A DNA stretch of 61,579 nucleotides, taken from NCBI GenBank assembly GCA_016839445.1, contig JAEOUG010000032.1, positions 1 through 61,579 on the forward strand, read 5' to 3'. Source of the stretch: Candidatus Thorarchaeota archaeon. GTDB taxonomy: Archaea > Asgardarchaeota > Thorarchaeia > Thorarchaeales > Thorarchaeaceae. The notes below the pieces were generated by a model. It made no database searches, was not told where the DNA came from, and saw only the letters and a program-made list of their open reading frames with translations. Each line of letters opens with the position of its first letter. The stretch's first letter is position 1. A program made the position numbers and the translations under genes. Below, piece after piece: positions 46,973 through 55,407 of this stretch.

Positions 46973-47007
46973 TGGAGAATGAAGAGAATGAAACGTAACA
47001 ATGTGGG

Positions 47008-47130
47008 ATGCATGGATGCTTGGAGGGAACAGGCTTGAATGGATTTCGAGCTGTTCTCTCGGTTGTGCTCCTAGTCATAGCGCTAGTTCTCTTCGTGATC
47101 TTTCTGCTCATGAACATGGGAGCTTTGTGA
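47008..47130 (+). CDS. 40-aa single-TM membrane peptide (missed by ORF track)
   Basis: MHGCLEGTGLNGFRAVLSVVLLVIALVLFVIFLLMNMGAL; lies inside the operon gap. TTG starts at 47020 and 47035 are also possible. Confidence 0.5.
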   Translation: MHGCLEGTGLNGFRAVLSVVLLVIALVLFVIFLLMNMGAL

Positions 47131-47159
47131 GAACCTATGAATGGGAATGAATCAAGGAG

Positions 47160-47924
47160 ATGAAAGGCGTGGAAGGAGAACGAAAGGGTGTTGTGATCAA
47201 GCCTCCAATGGAGGCAGTGACAAGTGGAAGAGTATTCAGACCGGATTCACGATTCAAGTATAAGCAGTGGTTGGAAGGGACTATCGTCCTGTTCTTCATG
47301 TGGGGACTGGCCATGTTGTGCCTTGTCGCCGCTGCCTACTTCAATGGCCTCGACCCCCCGTACTACCCGTTTGCTAGCTACCTGAACGACTGGTTCATCA
47401 CAGTGAACGTGGTGTACTTCATTATCTCCCTCTTCTGGTACGTCCCCATGATGATCATCATCCCCTTCTATGTTCGCACATTCGAGTATAGCGTAAGCTC
47501 GAAAGAAGGTGCCGCATCTCCAGAGGTCTATGTCCGTAAGGGCCTGCTCAATGTTACTAAGAAGCATGTGCCATTCAGAACTGTGACAAATATCTTGAGC
47601 AGGGCAGGACCACTCGACCGGCTCTTCGGCATAGGCACCATTGAGATTGAGACTGCAGGATTCTCAGGGAGTCCTCAGGGAGGCCGGTCGCCCGAAGAGA
47701 AGATTGAGGGGATTGCCTTCTACGAGGAGGTACGCGATTATATCTTACAGGAGCTTCGCCGCTTCAGAGACCCCTATGTCACCGGAACTGAGGTTGTTCG
47801 ACCGGTGGAGAAGCCCGTGCCGCAACTACCTGAGAGTCTGGACGACGAGATGCTCATAACACTTCGCGCCATAAGAGACGTGCTGGCGAGGATAGAGAAG
47901 AAAATGGACAAGGAGGACAAATAA
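47160..47924 (+). CDS. bPH_2/YdbS-like protein 2
   Basis: Two TM; KGLLNVTKKHVPFRTVTNI..GPLDRLFGIGTIEIETAG. Confidence 0.82.
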   Translation: MKGVEGERKGVVIKPPMEAVTSGRVFRPDSRFKYKQWLEGTIVLFFMWGLAMLCLVAAAYFNGLDPPYYPFASYLNDWFITVNVVYFIISLFWYVPMMIIIPFYVRTFEYSVSSKEGAASPEVYVRKGLLNVTKKHVPFRTVTNILSRAGPLDRLFGIGTIEIETAGFSGSPQGGRSPEEKIEGIAFYEEVRDYILQELRRFRDPYVTGTEVVRPVEKPVPQLPESLDDEMLITLRAIRDVLARIEKKMDKEDK

Positions 47925-47925
47925 G

Positions 47926-48624
47926 ATGTCAGTTGGAGAGAAGGTCATCAAGCCACCCATGGACGAGATTGCCAGAGGGAAGGTGTTCGGGCCGTCAAAA
48001 CGACTTCGGAACAAGAACTGGTTCATGGCAGTCGTCGGTGCGGTGGCGCTATGGCTGCTCATTCTAGGACTTATGGGTCTGATGCTTCACTTCCTCGCAC
48101 CCGGGCTCTTCCTCCTCTGGTGGGATGACATCAGTCTATGGTATTGGGTCATCACTGCCTTCTGGTTTATCCCATACGTGGTGCTCTATCCCATCTACCT
48201 GAGGGCCTTCGAATACTCGGTGATTGCTAAGTCTGGCGAAACAATGCCCGAGATTTACGTCAAGAAGGGACTGATCAACATCACTCGCAAGCATGTGCCC
48301 TTCCGCACCATTACGAACATAGCCAGCAGAGCGGGACCCTTCGACAGGCTCTTCGGCATCGGATCGATTGAGATCGAAACAGCGGGATTCTCAGGTCAGG
48401 CCATGTCCGGTCCAGAGGAAAAGCTCGAAGGGTTGACATTCTACGAGGAATTGCGGGACTTCATCCTGATGGAGCTTCGTAAGTTCAAGGACCCATACGT
48501 TACAGGGACAGAGGTTTCTCAGGCTCGGGAAGATACACCAGCTGCTCCAACAGGAAACATCGAGGACGACATTCTGTTGGTTCTGAGAGAGATACGGGAC
48601 CTTCTGAGAGAAGAACGTGAGTGA
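47926..48624 (+). CDS. bPH_2/YdbS-like protein 3
   Basis: Two TM; KGLINITRKHVPFRTITNI..GPFDRLFGIGSIEIETAG. Confidence 0.82.
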   Translation: MSVGEKVIKPPMDEIARGKVFGPSKRLRNKNWFMAVVGAVALWLLILGLMGLMLHFLAPGLFLLWWDDISLWYWVITAFWFIPYVVLYPIYLRAFEYSVIAKSGETMPEIYVKKGLINITRKHVPFRTITNIASRAGPFDRLFGIGSIEIETAGFSGQAMSGPEEKLEGLTFYEELRDFILMELRKFKDPYVTGTEVSQAREDTPAAPTGNIEDDILLVLREIRDLLREERE

Positions 48625-48636
48625 GGGGGACAAGCC

Positions 48637-49404
48637 TTGAACGAGCGGAGCGGTCGTATCATCAAGCCACCTGTACAGAAGGTGGTAAGCGGCCGTGTCT
48701 TCAGACCATCACGGATTCTCATGTTCAAGAAGTGGCTGAAGCTTTTGGTTGTCATCGTTCTGGCATGGCTTGGTTTATGGGGTGCTCTCTTCAGTCACCC
48801 GGTGCTTCAAGATCTGCTTCTGTTGGTGTCTGAGCCGCTGGAGATCGTCGTCAATCTCGGCTGGACTCTTGTTAGTCTATACTATTGGTTGGGTGCAGCA
48901 GTTCTTCTTGCCGTAGCGGCGGTCTACATCTCTCTCTACGTCAGCCGAATAGAGTATTCTGTACGAGGATGGGAGGGCGAGGCCATGCCCGAGGTGGCAG
49001 TGACCAAGGGGATCATCAACATAACCAAGAAGTTTGTGCCATTCAGGACCATCGTGTTTCTACGCACGCGTAGAGGACCCTTTGACAGACTGCTTGGAAT
49101 AGGGAACGTGATGGTTGAGACTGCGGGAGGAGAAACACCGCAGCAGCCATCAGGGATCATAGCACTTCTAATCAACAGCCTCTCAAGCTCTGCCACTGAA
49201 GAGCGAATCGAGGGAATAAGGTTCCATGAGGAATTGAGGGACTTCATCCTTCAAGAACTGAGAGGCTTCGGGCGCACTCCAATCTTCGCGGAGCAAACGC
49301 GATATGCCGCAGGCAGAACCAGAATCCTGAACAGGGACACACTGGCTGCATTCCAGGAGATTCGAGATGCCTTGGTGGACAGGCGTGAATCAGCTACAGC
49401 CTGA
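48637..49404 (+). CDS. bPH_2/YdbS-like protein 4 (most divergent)
   Basis: Two TM; KGIINITKKFVPFRTI..GPFDRLLGIGNVMVETAG, with an insertion after ETAG. Confidence 0.8.
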   Translation: MNERSGRIIKPPVQKVVSGRVFRPSRILMFKKWLKLLVVIVLAWLGLWGALFSHPVLQDLLLLVSEPLEIVVNLGWTLVSLYYWLGAAVLLAVAAVYISLYVSRIEYSVRGWEGEAMPEVAVTKGIINITKKFVPFRTIVFLRTRRGPFDRLLGIGNVMVETAGGETPQQPSGIIALLINSLSSSATEERIEGIRFHEELRDFILQELRGFGRTPIFAEQTRYAAGRTRILNRDTLAAFQEIRDALVDRRESATA

Positions 49405-50236
49405 TGCCAAGCGAGTCCACTATATTCGAGAACACGTGCAGGCTCTCTTGCGCCAGTTCTCTTGGCCTGACCTCGAATACATACTGAGGCTTTGTCTTCA
49501 ATCTTGCCAGAAAGCTGAGATATGGTCTGAGATCCAATAGGCCTTCTCCAACCACCTGATGTGAACCCAATGTAGGGTGAATGTCGTGAATGTGAACCAC
49601 TTCTATGTGGTCCCTGTGTTTTTGGATGAAGTCCCAATCGTCGCTGATGATTTCTAGGTCTGTGTTGTAGAGCTTCGGGATGTCCAGACAGATGGCGAGT
49701 CCGGAGGGCAGAAGCTGCTCTATGACATCTCGAATGAGGGGAGTCCAGCCGGTGTTTTCGACTGCAATCCTGACACGGGAGGACGCGTAGTCTATCAGAT
49801 GGGCGAGGTTGTCACGGAGTGTTCGTGCATAGAGCTCATGATGAATCTGGCTGAAGTTGTCAGCTAGATTCCGTGCCTTCCGGAATTTCGGAGGTGCTCC
49901 AGGATGCACTACGATATTGGTTGGCCCCACACTGAGCTCGCGGGCGAGGTCGATTGTCTGCCGGAAGTAGTGCAGTACTCCGTTTCTGACTGGAGGGTAC
50001 GTGGAGAAGAGACTGACATTGTCTCCTGCCGCATGGAATCCCCAGCCGATTGAGAGTTCGCGAGACCTCTCCATGAGGGAACCGCGCTCTTCTGCGAGTA
50101 TCAGATCGGGGGAGAATGCAGGGACCCCAATATCCGGTACAATGCTTGTCCAGCCATTATCAGCGGCATACTCGACTGCGTCCATCAATGACCCATCGTA
50201 GATCACATGATACGCTCTGTTGGCTGGCAGACCCAT
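49394..50236 (-). CDS. Sugar-phosphate isomerase/AP endonuclease 2 family TIM-barrel protein
   Basis: GFHA, VVHPG, AVEN, CLD, VHIHD, H..VGEG, VFEV. Confidence 0.82.
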   Translation of the reverse strand: MGLPANRAYHVIYDGSLMDAVEYAADNGWTSIVPDIGVPAFSPDLILAEERGSLMERSRELSIGWGFHAAGDNVSLFSTYPPVRNGVLHYFRQTIDLARELSVGPTNIVVHPGAPPKFRKARNLADNFSQIHHELYARTLRDNLAHLIDYASSRVRIAVENTGWTPLIRDVIEQLLPSGLAICLDIPKLYNTDLEIISDDWDFIQKHRDHIEVVHIHDIHPTLGSHQVVGEGLLDLRPYLSFLARLKTKPQYVFEVRPRELAQESLHVFSNIVDSLGIRL

Positions 50237-50287
50237 GATTCACAATTGATGCCCTTTACTTATGAGCGTAGGGATTTCCGGCGACTC

Positions 50288-51097
50288 TCAGACCGTTGCT
50301 CGTTCTTGAGGGTACACTATCTCGCCCCGCTCGAAGACTATGAGCTCTCCCCGATCGAATTCGCTCCAATCCTTTGACATGAGCTTCCGAGTGGATACGA
50401 TGTAGCCATTCTGGCTCACATCCGCAGGGTCAGTGTGTATGTCAATCCGTCCAAGTTGCTCTTTCGGACTCACCAGCGCCACGCTCTGATAGGGAGTGCT
50501 CTGTCTTGTGAAACGTAGACCGCTGTTGTGGTCCTCCCTGTCGGAGTAACAGAAGAGACGCTCGCCGTCCGAGAAGATGCAGTTCAGGGTGTTCTCTCCC
50601 TCATTCATCTCTGCCAAGATTCCAGCAACGAAACGGAATTCATCCACGTTCCATTCAGAGATGCCCCTGCGGTGAATAGCTCCGAGCAAGTGACAGAAGG
50701 CCCGCTCGGAGTCGGTTTCTCCAAGAGGAACCATACCTTCCTGCGACAGCCCGTCTAGTCTTGTCAGCGTTCCATTGTGGGCAAATGAGTATTCGCGCCG
50801 AATGGAGCCGTGCATGAGCGACCTGTAGAATGGGTGTGTGTTGAGATAGCTGCGACCACCCCGAGTGGATTTCCTGACGTGAGTGATAGTTATGTGTGAT
50901 AGATGGTACCGCTCCATGAAATCAAAGAGGACACTTCCAGAAGCAGTTCCTGCCTCCTTTACGACCTGCAAGAGATTCCCTGTGTAGTAGGCCATGCCCC
51001 ATCCATCAGGATTGTCCGAACCTCGCTTCTGGAAGAGATCAAGGGAAACCTTTGCTGAAACTGGTAGTCTGAAGGACATTCCAAGAAGATCACACAT
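50288..51097 (-). CDS. Class II glutamine amidotransferase (YafJ/EgtC-like)
   Basis: Starts MCDLLGMS (N-terminal Cys nucleophile); NPDGWG, HVRKST, NTHPF, FAHNG, GETDSE. Confidence 0.9.
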   Translation of the reverse strand: MCDLLGMSFRLPVSAKVSLDLFQKRGSDNPDGWGMAYYTGNLLQVVKEAGTASGSVLFDFMERYHLSHITITHVRKSTRGGRSYLNTHPFYRSLMHGSIRREYSFAHNGTLTRLDGLSQEGMVPLGETDSERAFCHLLGAIHRRGISEWNVDEFRFVAGILAEMNEGENTLNCIFSDGERLFCYSDREDHNSGLRFTRQSTPYQSVALVSPKEQLGRIDIHTDPADVSQNGYIVSTRKLMSKDWSEFDRGELIVFERGEIVYPQERATV

Positions 51098-51186
51098 GAT
51101 TCTCACTGGGACAGTCTTGATTCCCCGGCCCTAAATAGTCCATGCTCTTTATCTGATGGTTGGACTACAACTCCAGATGAGTTACT

Positions 51187-52440
51187 ATGACGCCTGTCAA
51201 ACTGGCAATTGTCGGAGCCGGAGACCGGGGCAACGTCTATGCCTCGTACGCAGAGCACCATCCTGAAAGGGCGAAGGTGGTGGCCGTTGCCGAGCCTAAT
51301 GAAGTCAGAAGACTGTCGATGGTCCAGAAGCATGGGATCTCAGAAGAGTGCGCATTTGCTGATTGGAGGGACTTGGCAAGTGCGTCCCGTCTGGCAGACG
51401 CGGCTATCATCTGCACACAGGACGCAATGCATGAAGAGCCGGCACTGGCTCTAGCTGAGAGCGGCTATCACCTTCTCCTCGAGAAGCCCATGGCTCCCGA
51501 TGAGAGAGGTTGCAGACGGATAGTGGACGCAGTTGTCAATAACGGCATCATGTTCTCTGTTGGGCACGTCCTCAGGTATACCCAATACACTCGGACGGTA
51601 AAGGAGATCATTGACGCAGGGAAGATCGGGGAAGTAGTATGTATCCAACGGTTGGAACCTGTGGGCTTCTGGCACCAGGCCCATTCGTTCGTGAGAGGAA
51701 ACTGGAGAAATGAGGCAGGGTCCTCGTTCATGCTCCTTGCGAAATCGTGCCACGATATCGACTGGATCCACTACATCATGAACAGGAGATGCAAGTCTGT
51801 TTCATCCTTCGGTAGCCTGTTCCACTTCCGACGAGAGAACAAACCGAGAAATGCCGGAGAGAGGTGTGTGGCATGCGACCACGAACCCCGTTGCCCCTAT
51901 TCTGCTCTACGAATCTATCTCAGATTTGTGAGGCGCGGCATTACTGGATGGCCAGTCAGCGTGCTCGTTGATGATGATGTGACAGAGGAGTCTGTACTTG
52001 ATGCTCTCAGAGAGGGCCCGTACGGCAGATGCGTATACGAGTGTGACAACGATGTTGTCGACAATCAAGTGGTGAACATGGAGTTTGAGGGAGGACAAAC
52101 AGCATCCTTCACAATGACAGGCTTCACACAGGCAAGAGGCCGAGAGACCCGCATCTTCGGCACCCGGGGAGAGATTCGCGGAGATGGCAAAATCCTAGAA
52201 GTCTACGACTTCCTGAGTGATACCAAGGAGTCTGTCGATACGACCAGAAAAGATGTGTCTTCGCTGGCCGGGCACGGCGGAGGAGACTACGGTCTCATGC
52301 ACGCTTTCGTCAGTGCAGTAATGGAGGGCAATCCGAAATACATCCTCTCCGGACCTGGAGAGACCCTTGAATCGCACTTGATTACTTTCTCAGCAGAAGC
52401 CTCGCGGCGAGAGAGAAGGACTGTGAGTATCGATCGGTGA
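51187..52440 (+). CDS. Gfo/Idh/MocA family oxidoreductase
   Basis: GAGDRG, LLEKP, HSFVRGNWR, KSCHDID, GHGGGD. Confidence 0.92.
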   Translation: MTPVKLAIVGAGDRGNVYASYAEHHPERAKVVAVAEPNEVRRLSMVQKHGISEECAFADWRDLASASRLADAAIICTQDAMHEEPALALAESGYHLLLEKPMAPDERGCRRIVDAVVNNGIMFSVGHVLRYTQYTRTVKEIIDAGKIGEVVCIQRLEPVGFWHQAHSFVRGNWRNEAGSSFMLLAKSCHDIDWIHYIMNRRCKSVSSFGSLFHFRRENKPRNAGERCVACDHEPRCPYSALRIYLRFVRRGITGWPVSVLVDDDVTEESVLDALREGPYGRCVYECDNDVVDNQVVNMEFEGGQTASFTMTGFTQARGRETRIFGTRGEIRGDGKILEVYDFLSDTKESVDTTRKDVSSLAGHGGGDYGLMHAFVSAVMEGNPKYILSGPGETLESHLITFSAEASRRERRTVSIDR

Positions 52441-52465
52441 GCGTAGAAACCTCGCCTAATTCTCC

Positions 52466-53023
52466 TCAATCCAACGAGAGACCCTGATCATCCTTCTTTA
52501 CTGCGACTCTATCCTCTTGGCTCGCCCCGGCTTGAGTGAGTGCCCAGGATGCAACCATGCAGAGGATGACAGGAACGGAAAATAGCGGCGGCACGAAGAG
52601 GAAGATGAGTAACGCGGCAATGACGAGCACGCCAGTGGCAGTCTGCATTCCAGTGCTGTCAACGGATTTCTGGATGACAACACGCTCGCCAGTCGACTCA
52701 ATAGGCTTGCCGCAGTTCTGACATTTGTACATGCCATCTTGCGTCGCGTGCTCCTTTCTGTACAGATACTTGGCTCCGCAGTAGGGACATCGAACACGAA
52801 CCGCCTCCTCCGTTGTCACAATCCTTGGTGCCGGAGGAGCATAATCGACACTCGGTCCCGGGTCAAGTTCTAATCCTGAGCCAGTGAATCGTAGATAGGC
52901 TACAAAGGGCTTGCCACAGTTCTGGCAGGAGATGTAACCTCGGTCATCGATAGCTGAGGCTCGATAGAGATAGGTTGCATTGCAGTGTGGGCAATTCTGT
53001 CGACTGGAATCCTCTGAACCCAT
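52466..53023 (-). CDS. Tandem Zn-ribbon protein with C-terminal TM hairpin
   Basis: Two CxxC-x-A-x-YLY-x8-G-x3-CQNCGK units, then two hydrophobic helices. Confidence 0.75.
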   Translation of the reverse strand: MGSEDSSRQNCPHCNATYLYRASAIDDRGYISCQNCGKPFVAYLRFTGSGLELDPGPSVDYAPPAPRIVTTEEAVRVRCPYCGAKYLYRKEHATQDGMYKCQNCGKPIESTGERVVIQKSVDSTGMQTATGVLVIAALLIFLFVPPLFSVPVILCMVASWALTQAGASQEDRVAVKKDDQGLSLD

Positions 53024-53103
53024 CGCCTTTCGTATGTCATGGGACGCGCAGAGAGATAAGCATTCTCAAGAACCCTCGGCAGTTGATAGGTGGTCTGGAG
53101 GTT

Positions 53104-54018
53104 CTAACCGAGGACCACGATGCAGAGCAGGCTTCCCCAATAGAAGATCTGAGAGGTGGTCACTAGAGATACTCTCTTGCCCAAGATCATGATAGACTCC
53201 TTTCGGTCAATCCTTGCCGCAAGAGGAACGAAGGCCGCACCGAGGACGAGAATGAGGAGTCCTGAAACCAGCAGAACCGACCAGAGCGAAGACGTTCCGA
53301 TGGACCCGATATCTACTATTCTGATTCCGTAATGTAGAGTCTCTGATTCGAAGACCAGACTCCAAGCTTGAGCAAAGCAACCAAAGAGGCCTCTGGTCGA
53401 TATCAACATCCCCGTTGTGAAAGAGAAGAGAGATTGCGGCCCAGAAGATCTGAATCTTGGGTGCAGAAGTGGGAGAATGAAGAGCAGACCAAGCAAAGGT
53501 CCAGAGATGATTATGATGCGCGAGGCACCCAAGAAGAAGCTGGAGTCATCGGTTATGCCTGCAGAGAAGAACAGCCAAGTCCATGTCTCGTGGTAGATGA
53601 GGGAACCCTCGGGAGGAAGGAAGCCCTGCCCGTACCAAGGTAGTGAGCCAATCCAACCGCTATCGAAAGGACTCCCTATAGTAATGCCACTCCAGGTCCT
53701 AGAGATGAACCCCGGATCGAGGACATCGATTAGGATGTCGGCGATGGATAGGTAGAAGGATGCCAAGGTGTTAGCAATCAGGAAGACGAGCAACAGGGAG
53801 TAGAAGACAAGCAGTCTATGGAGAAACAGCCCTGCTGGCTCATCATGCCTTGGCAGCCAGGAGATTGAGCGCTTAGCCAGCAATTCCCCACGTTCAACGC
53901 CCAGTCGGGCTGAGACCGCTCGGGAGAAACGACCAAGCAACAGAACGATGAAGGGAAGAGCCGCTGCAGCGACCAGTGCAACGTGGGCGGGAATCTGGAG
54001 AGAGAAGGGGAATGCCAT
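53104..54018 (-). CDS. Hypothetical multi-pass membrane protein
   Basis: About 6 hydrophobic segments; 1-bp overlap with the upstream hydrolase gene. Confidence 0.65.
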   Translation of the reverse strand: MAFPFSLQIPAHVALVAAAALPFIVLLLGRFSRAVSARLGVERGELLAKRSISWLPRHDEPAGLFLHRLLVFYSLLLVFLIANTLASFYLSIADILIDVLDPGFISRTWSGITIGSPFDSGWIGSLPWYGQGFLPPEGSLIYHETWTWLFFSAGITDDSSFFLGASRIIIISGPLLGLLFILPLLHPRFRSSGPQSLFSFTTGMLISTRGLFGCFAQAWSLVFESETLHYGIRIVDIGSIGTSSLWSVLLVSGLLILVLGAAFVPLAARIDRKESIMILGKRVSLVTTSQIFYWGSLLCIVVLG

Positions 54019-55331
54019 CAGCGGATCACCTCGGGTGTGACAGACAGAGAAACGTGTGCTGAGATCCCGGCCGTGCGCTTCCGAATCTCGAGGACTGTGG
54101 ACAGGGCTGACACCAGTACAGGAATGAGGAGTAGCACCGTCTGAGGGAGTAGACCTGAGTATTCCAAGCTACTGGTATCGTGAACTGCAGGAAGAATGAG
54201 CTCTGTCAATAATGAGGCTTCGGCCTCGTAGTCTTCAGTACTTGCAGTGAATACTACAACGAGATTAGAGACCGGATGGATGAAAATCCTCTGTCCATAT
54301 ATCCCAGAGGCGTAGTGAATACCCAGATATGGTGCAGTCCACCAAAGAAACCCGTAGCCTGCAGGGCCAATCGCAGTTGAGTAGTCATCAACGTCAACAC
54401 GGGACTGTCCAGATGCAACGACCCATTCTGACGGTATGATCTGTTCCCCGTCCCAGAAACCACTCTGAAGACATAGCAATCCAAGCTTTGCCATGTCGCG
54501 GGGGCTGAGGTAGAGACCTCCACCACCTTTGTAGTTCCCTGCCGAGTCTTTCGCCCAGTATACATCAGTGATGCCTAAGGGCCCAAACAGAGCATCCATC
54601 GCAAACTGAAGAGCGGTCTTCCCTGTGCAGCGCTCGATAATGTTCAGGATGAGATGCGCTGCGCCGCAGGAATAGACCCATTCAGAACCGGGTGTACTTG
54701 CCATTGGCAAATCGAGGACGTACCGGATGGGATCTTCACTCGAATACATCTGGGTCGCAGAGTTGCGTGGGTCCTCGTAGTCATAAGACCATTGATCCCA
54801 GTCAAGGCCTGCTGTCATCGTTAGAAGGTGCTCAAGAGTGATTGATGACTTGCGTTCGTCTAGATTCTGGATATCCAGTTCAGGGTAGAAGTCAACAAGA
54901 TTCGTTTCTATGCCTGATATGAGACCCTTCTGGACTGCAATCCCGAACAGCATTGAAACTACACTCTTTGTGCATGACGCTATTGCATGCAATGAGTTCT
55001 GGCTGTACTCTGCAGATGGGTAGAGTTCGTAACCTATCTGCCCCCTTCTAATGACAACCACTGAGTCAATCACGAGGGACCTGCTTTCGATGAAGGCGGG
55101 AATCTCATTCAGCTTCGTTGAGTTGAGCCCAATGCTTTCCGGTGTCGCCGTTTCCCATTCCCAGAGTGAGTCACCATCGAAGGGTGCGGAGGCTGGTTGA
55201 TGGGCACTCATCGATGTAGTGGGGAGGAACATCGGTCTTGGAGATAGCATGTTAACACCGAAGGCTAGGAGTAGTGCGGAGAGTGCAACAAGAGATTCCA
55301 GCCTCCGAGATTTGTCGAGCAGGGTTCGCAT
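54018..55331 (-). CDS. Membrane-anchored serine hydrolase, class C beta-lactamase/PBP-like fold
   Basis: SCTK (SxxK), LLTMTAG, PG..WVYS, YGFLWW; signal peptide and C-terminal TM. Confidence 0.85.
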   Translation of the reverse strand: MRTLLDKSRRLESLVALSALLLAFGVNMLSPRPMFLPTTSMSAHQPASAPFDGDSLWEWETATPESIGLNSTKLNEIPAFIESRSLVIDSVVVIRRGQIGYELYPSAEYSQNSLHAIASCTKSVVSMLFGIAVQKGLISGIETNLVDFYPELDIQNLDERKSSITLEHLLTMTAGLDWDQWSYDYEDPRNSATQMYSSEDPIRYVLDLPMASTPGSEWVYSCGAAHLILNIIERCTGKTALQFAMDALFGPLGITDVYWAKDSAGNYKGGGGLYLSPRDMAKLGLLCLQSGFWDGEQIIPSEWVVASGQSRVDVDDYSTAIGPAGYGFLWWTAPYLGIHYASGIYGQRIFIHPVSNLVVVFTASTEDYEAEASLLTELILPAVHDTSSLEYSGLLPQTVLLLIPVLVSALSTVLEIRKRTAGISAHVSLSVTPEVIR

Positions 55332-55407
55332 TTCCTAGCCACATCCTTGAGTTTCGCGTGGCCAAGAAGGGGTATTCAGGTTGCCGCACCGAGCAGTGCG
55401 GATTCGG

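Noticed and set aside
47008-47130. 40-aa peptide as a double-glycine bacteriocin precursor for the C39-like peptidase
   Set aside because: There is no GG/GA leader cleavage motif before a mature peptide, and the peptidase is predicted to be extracellular.
54018-55331. Beta-lactam resistance gene
   Set aside because: The SxxK fold is shared by many esterases and peptidases; nothing indicates beta-lactamase specificity.
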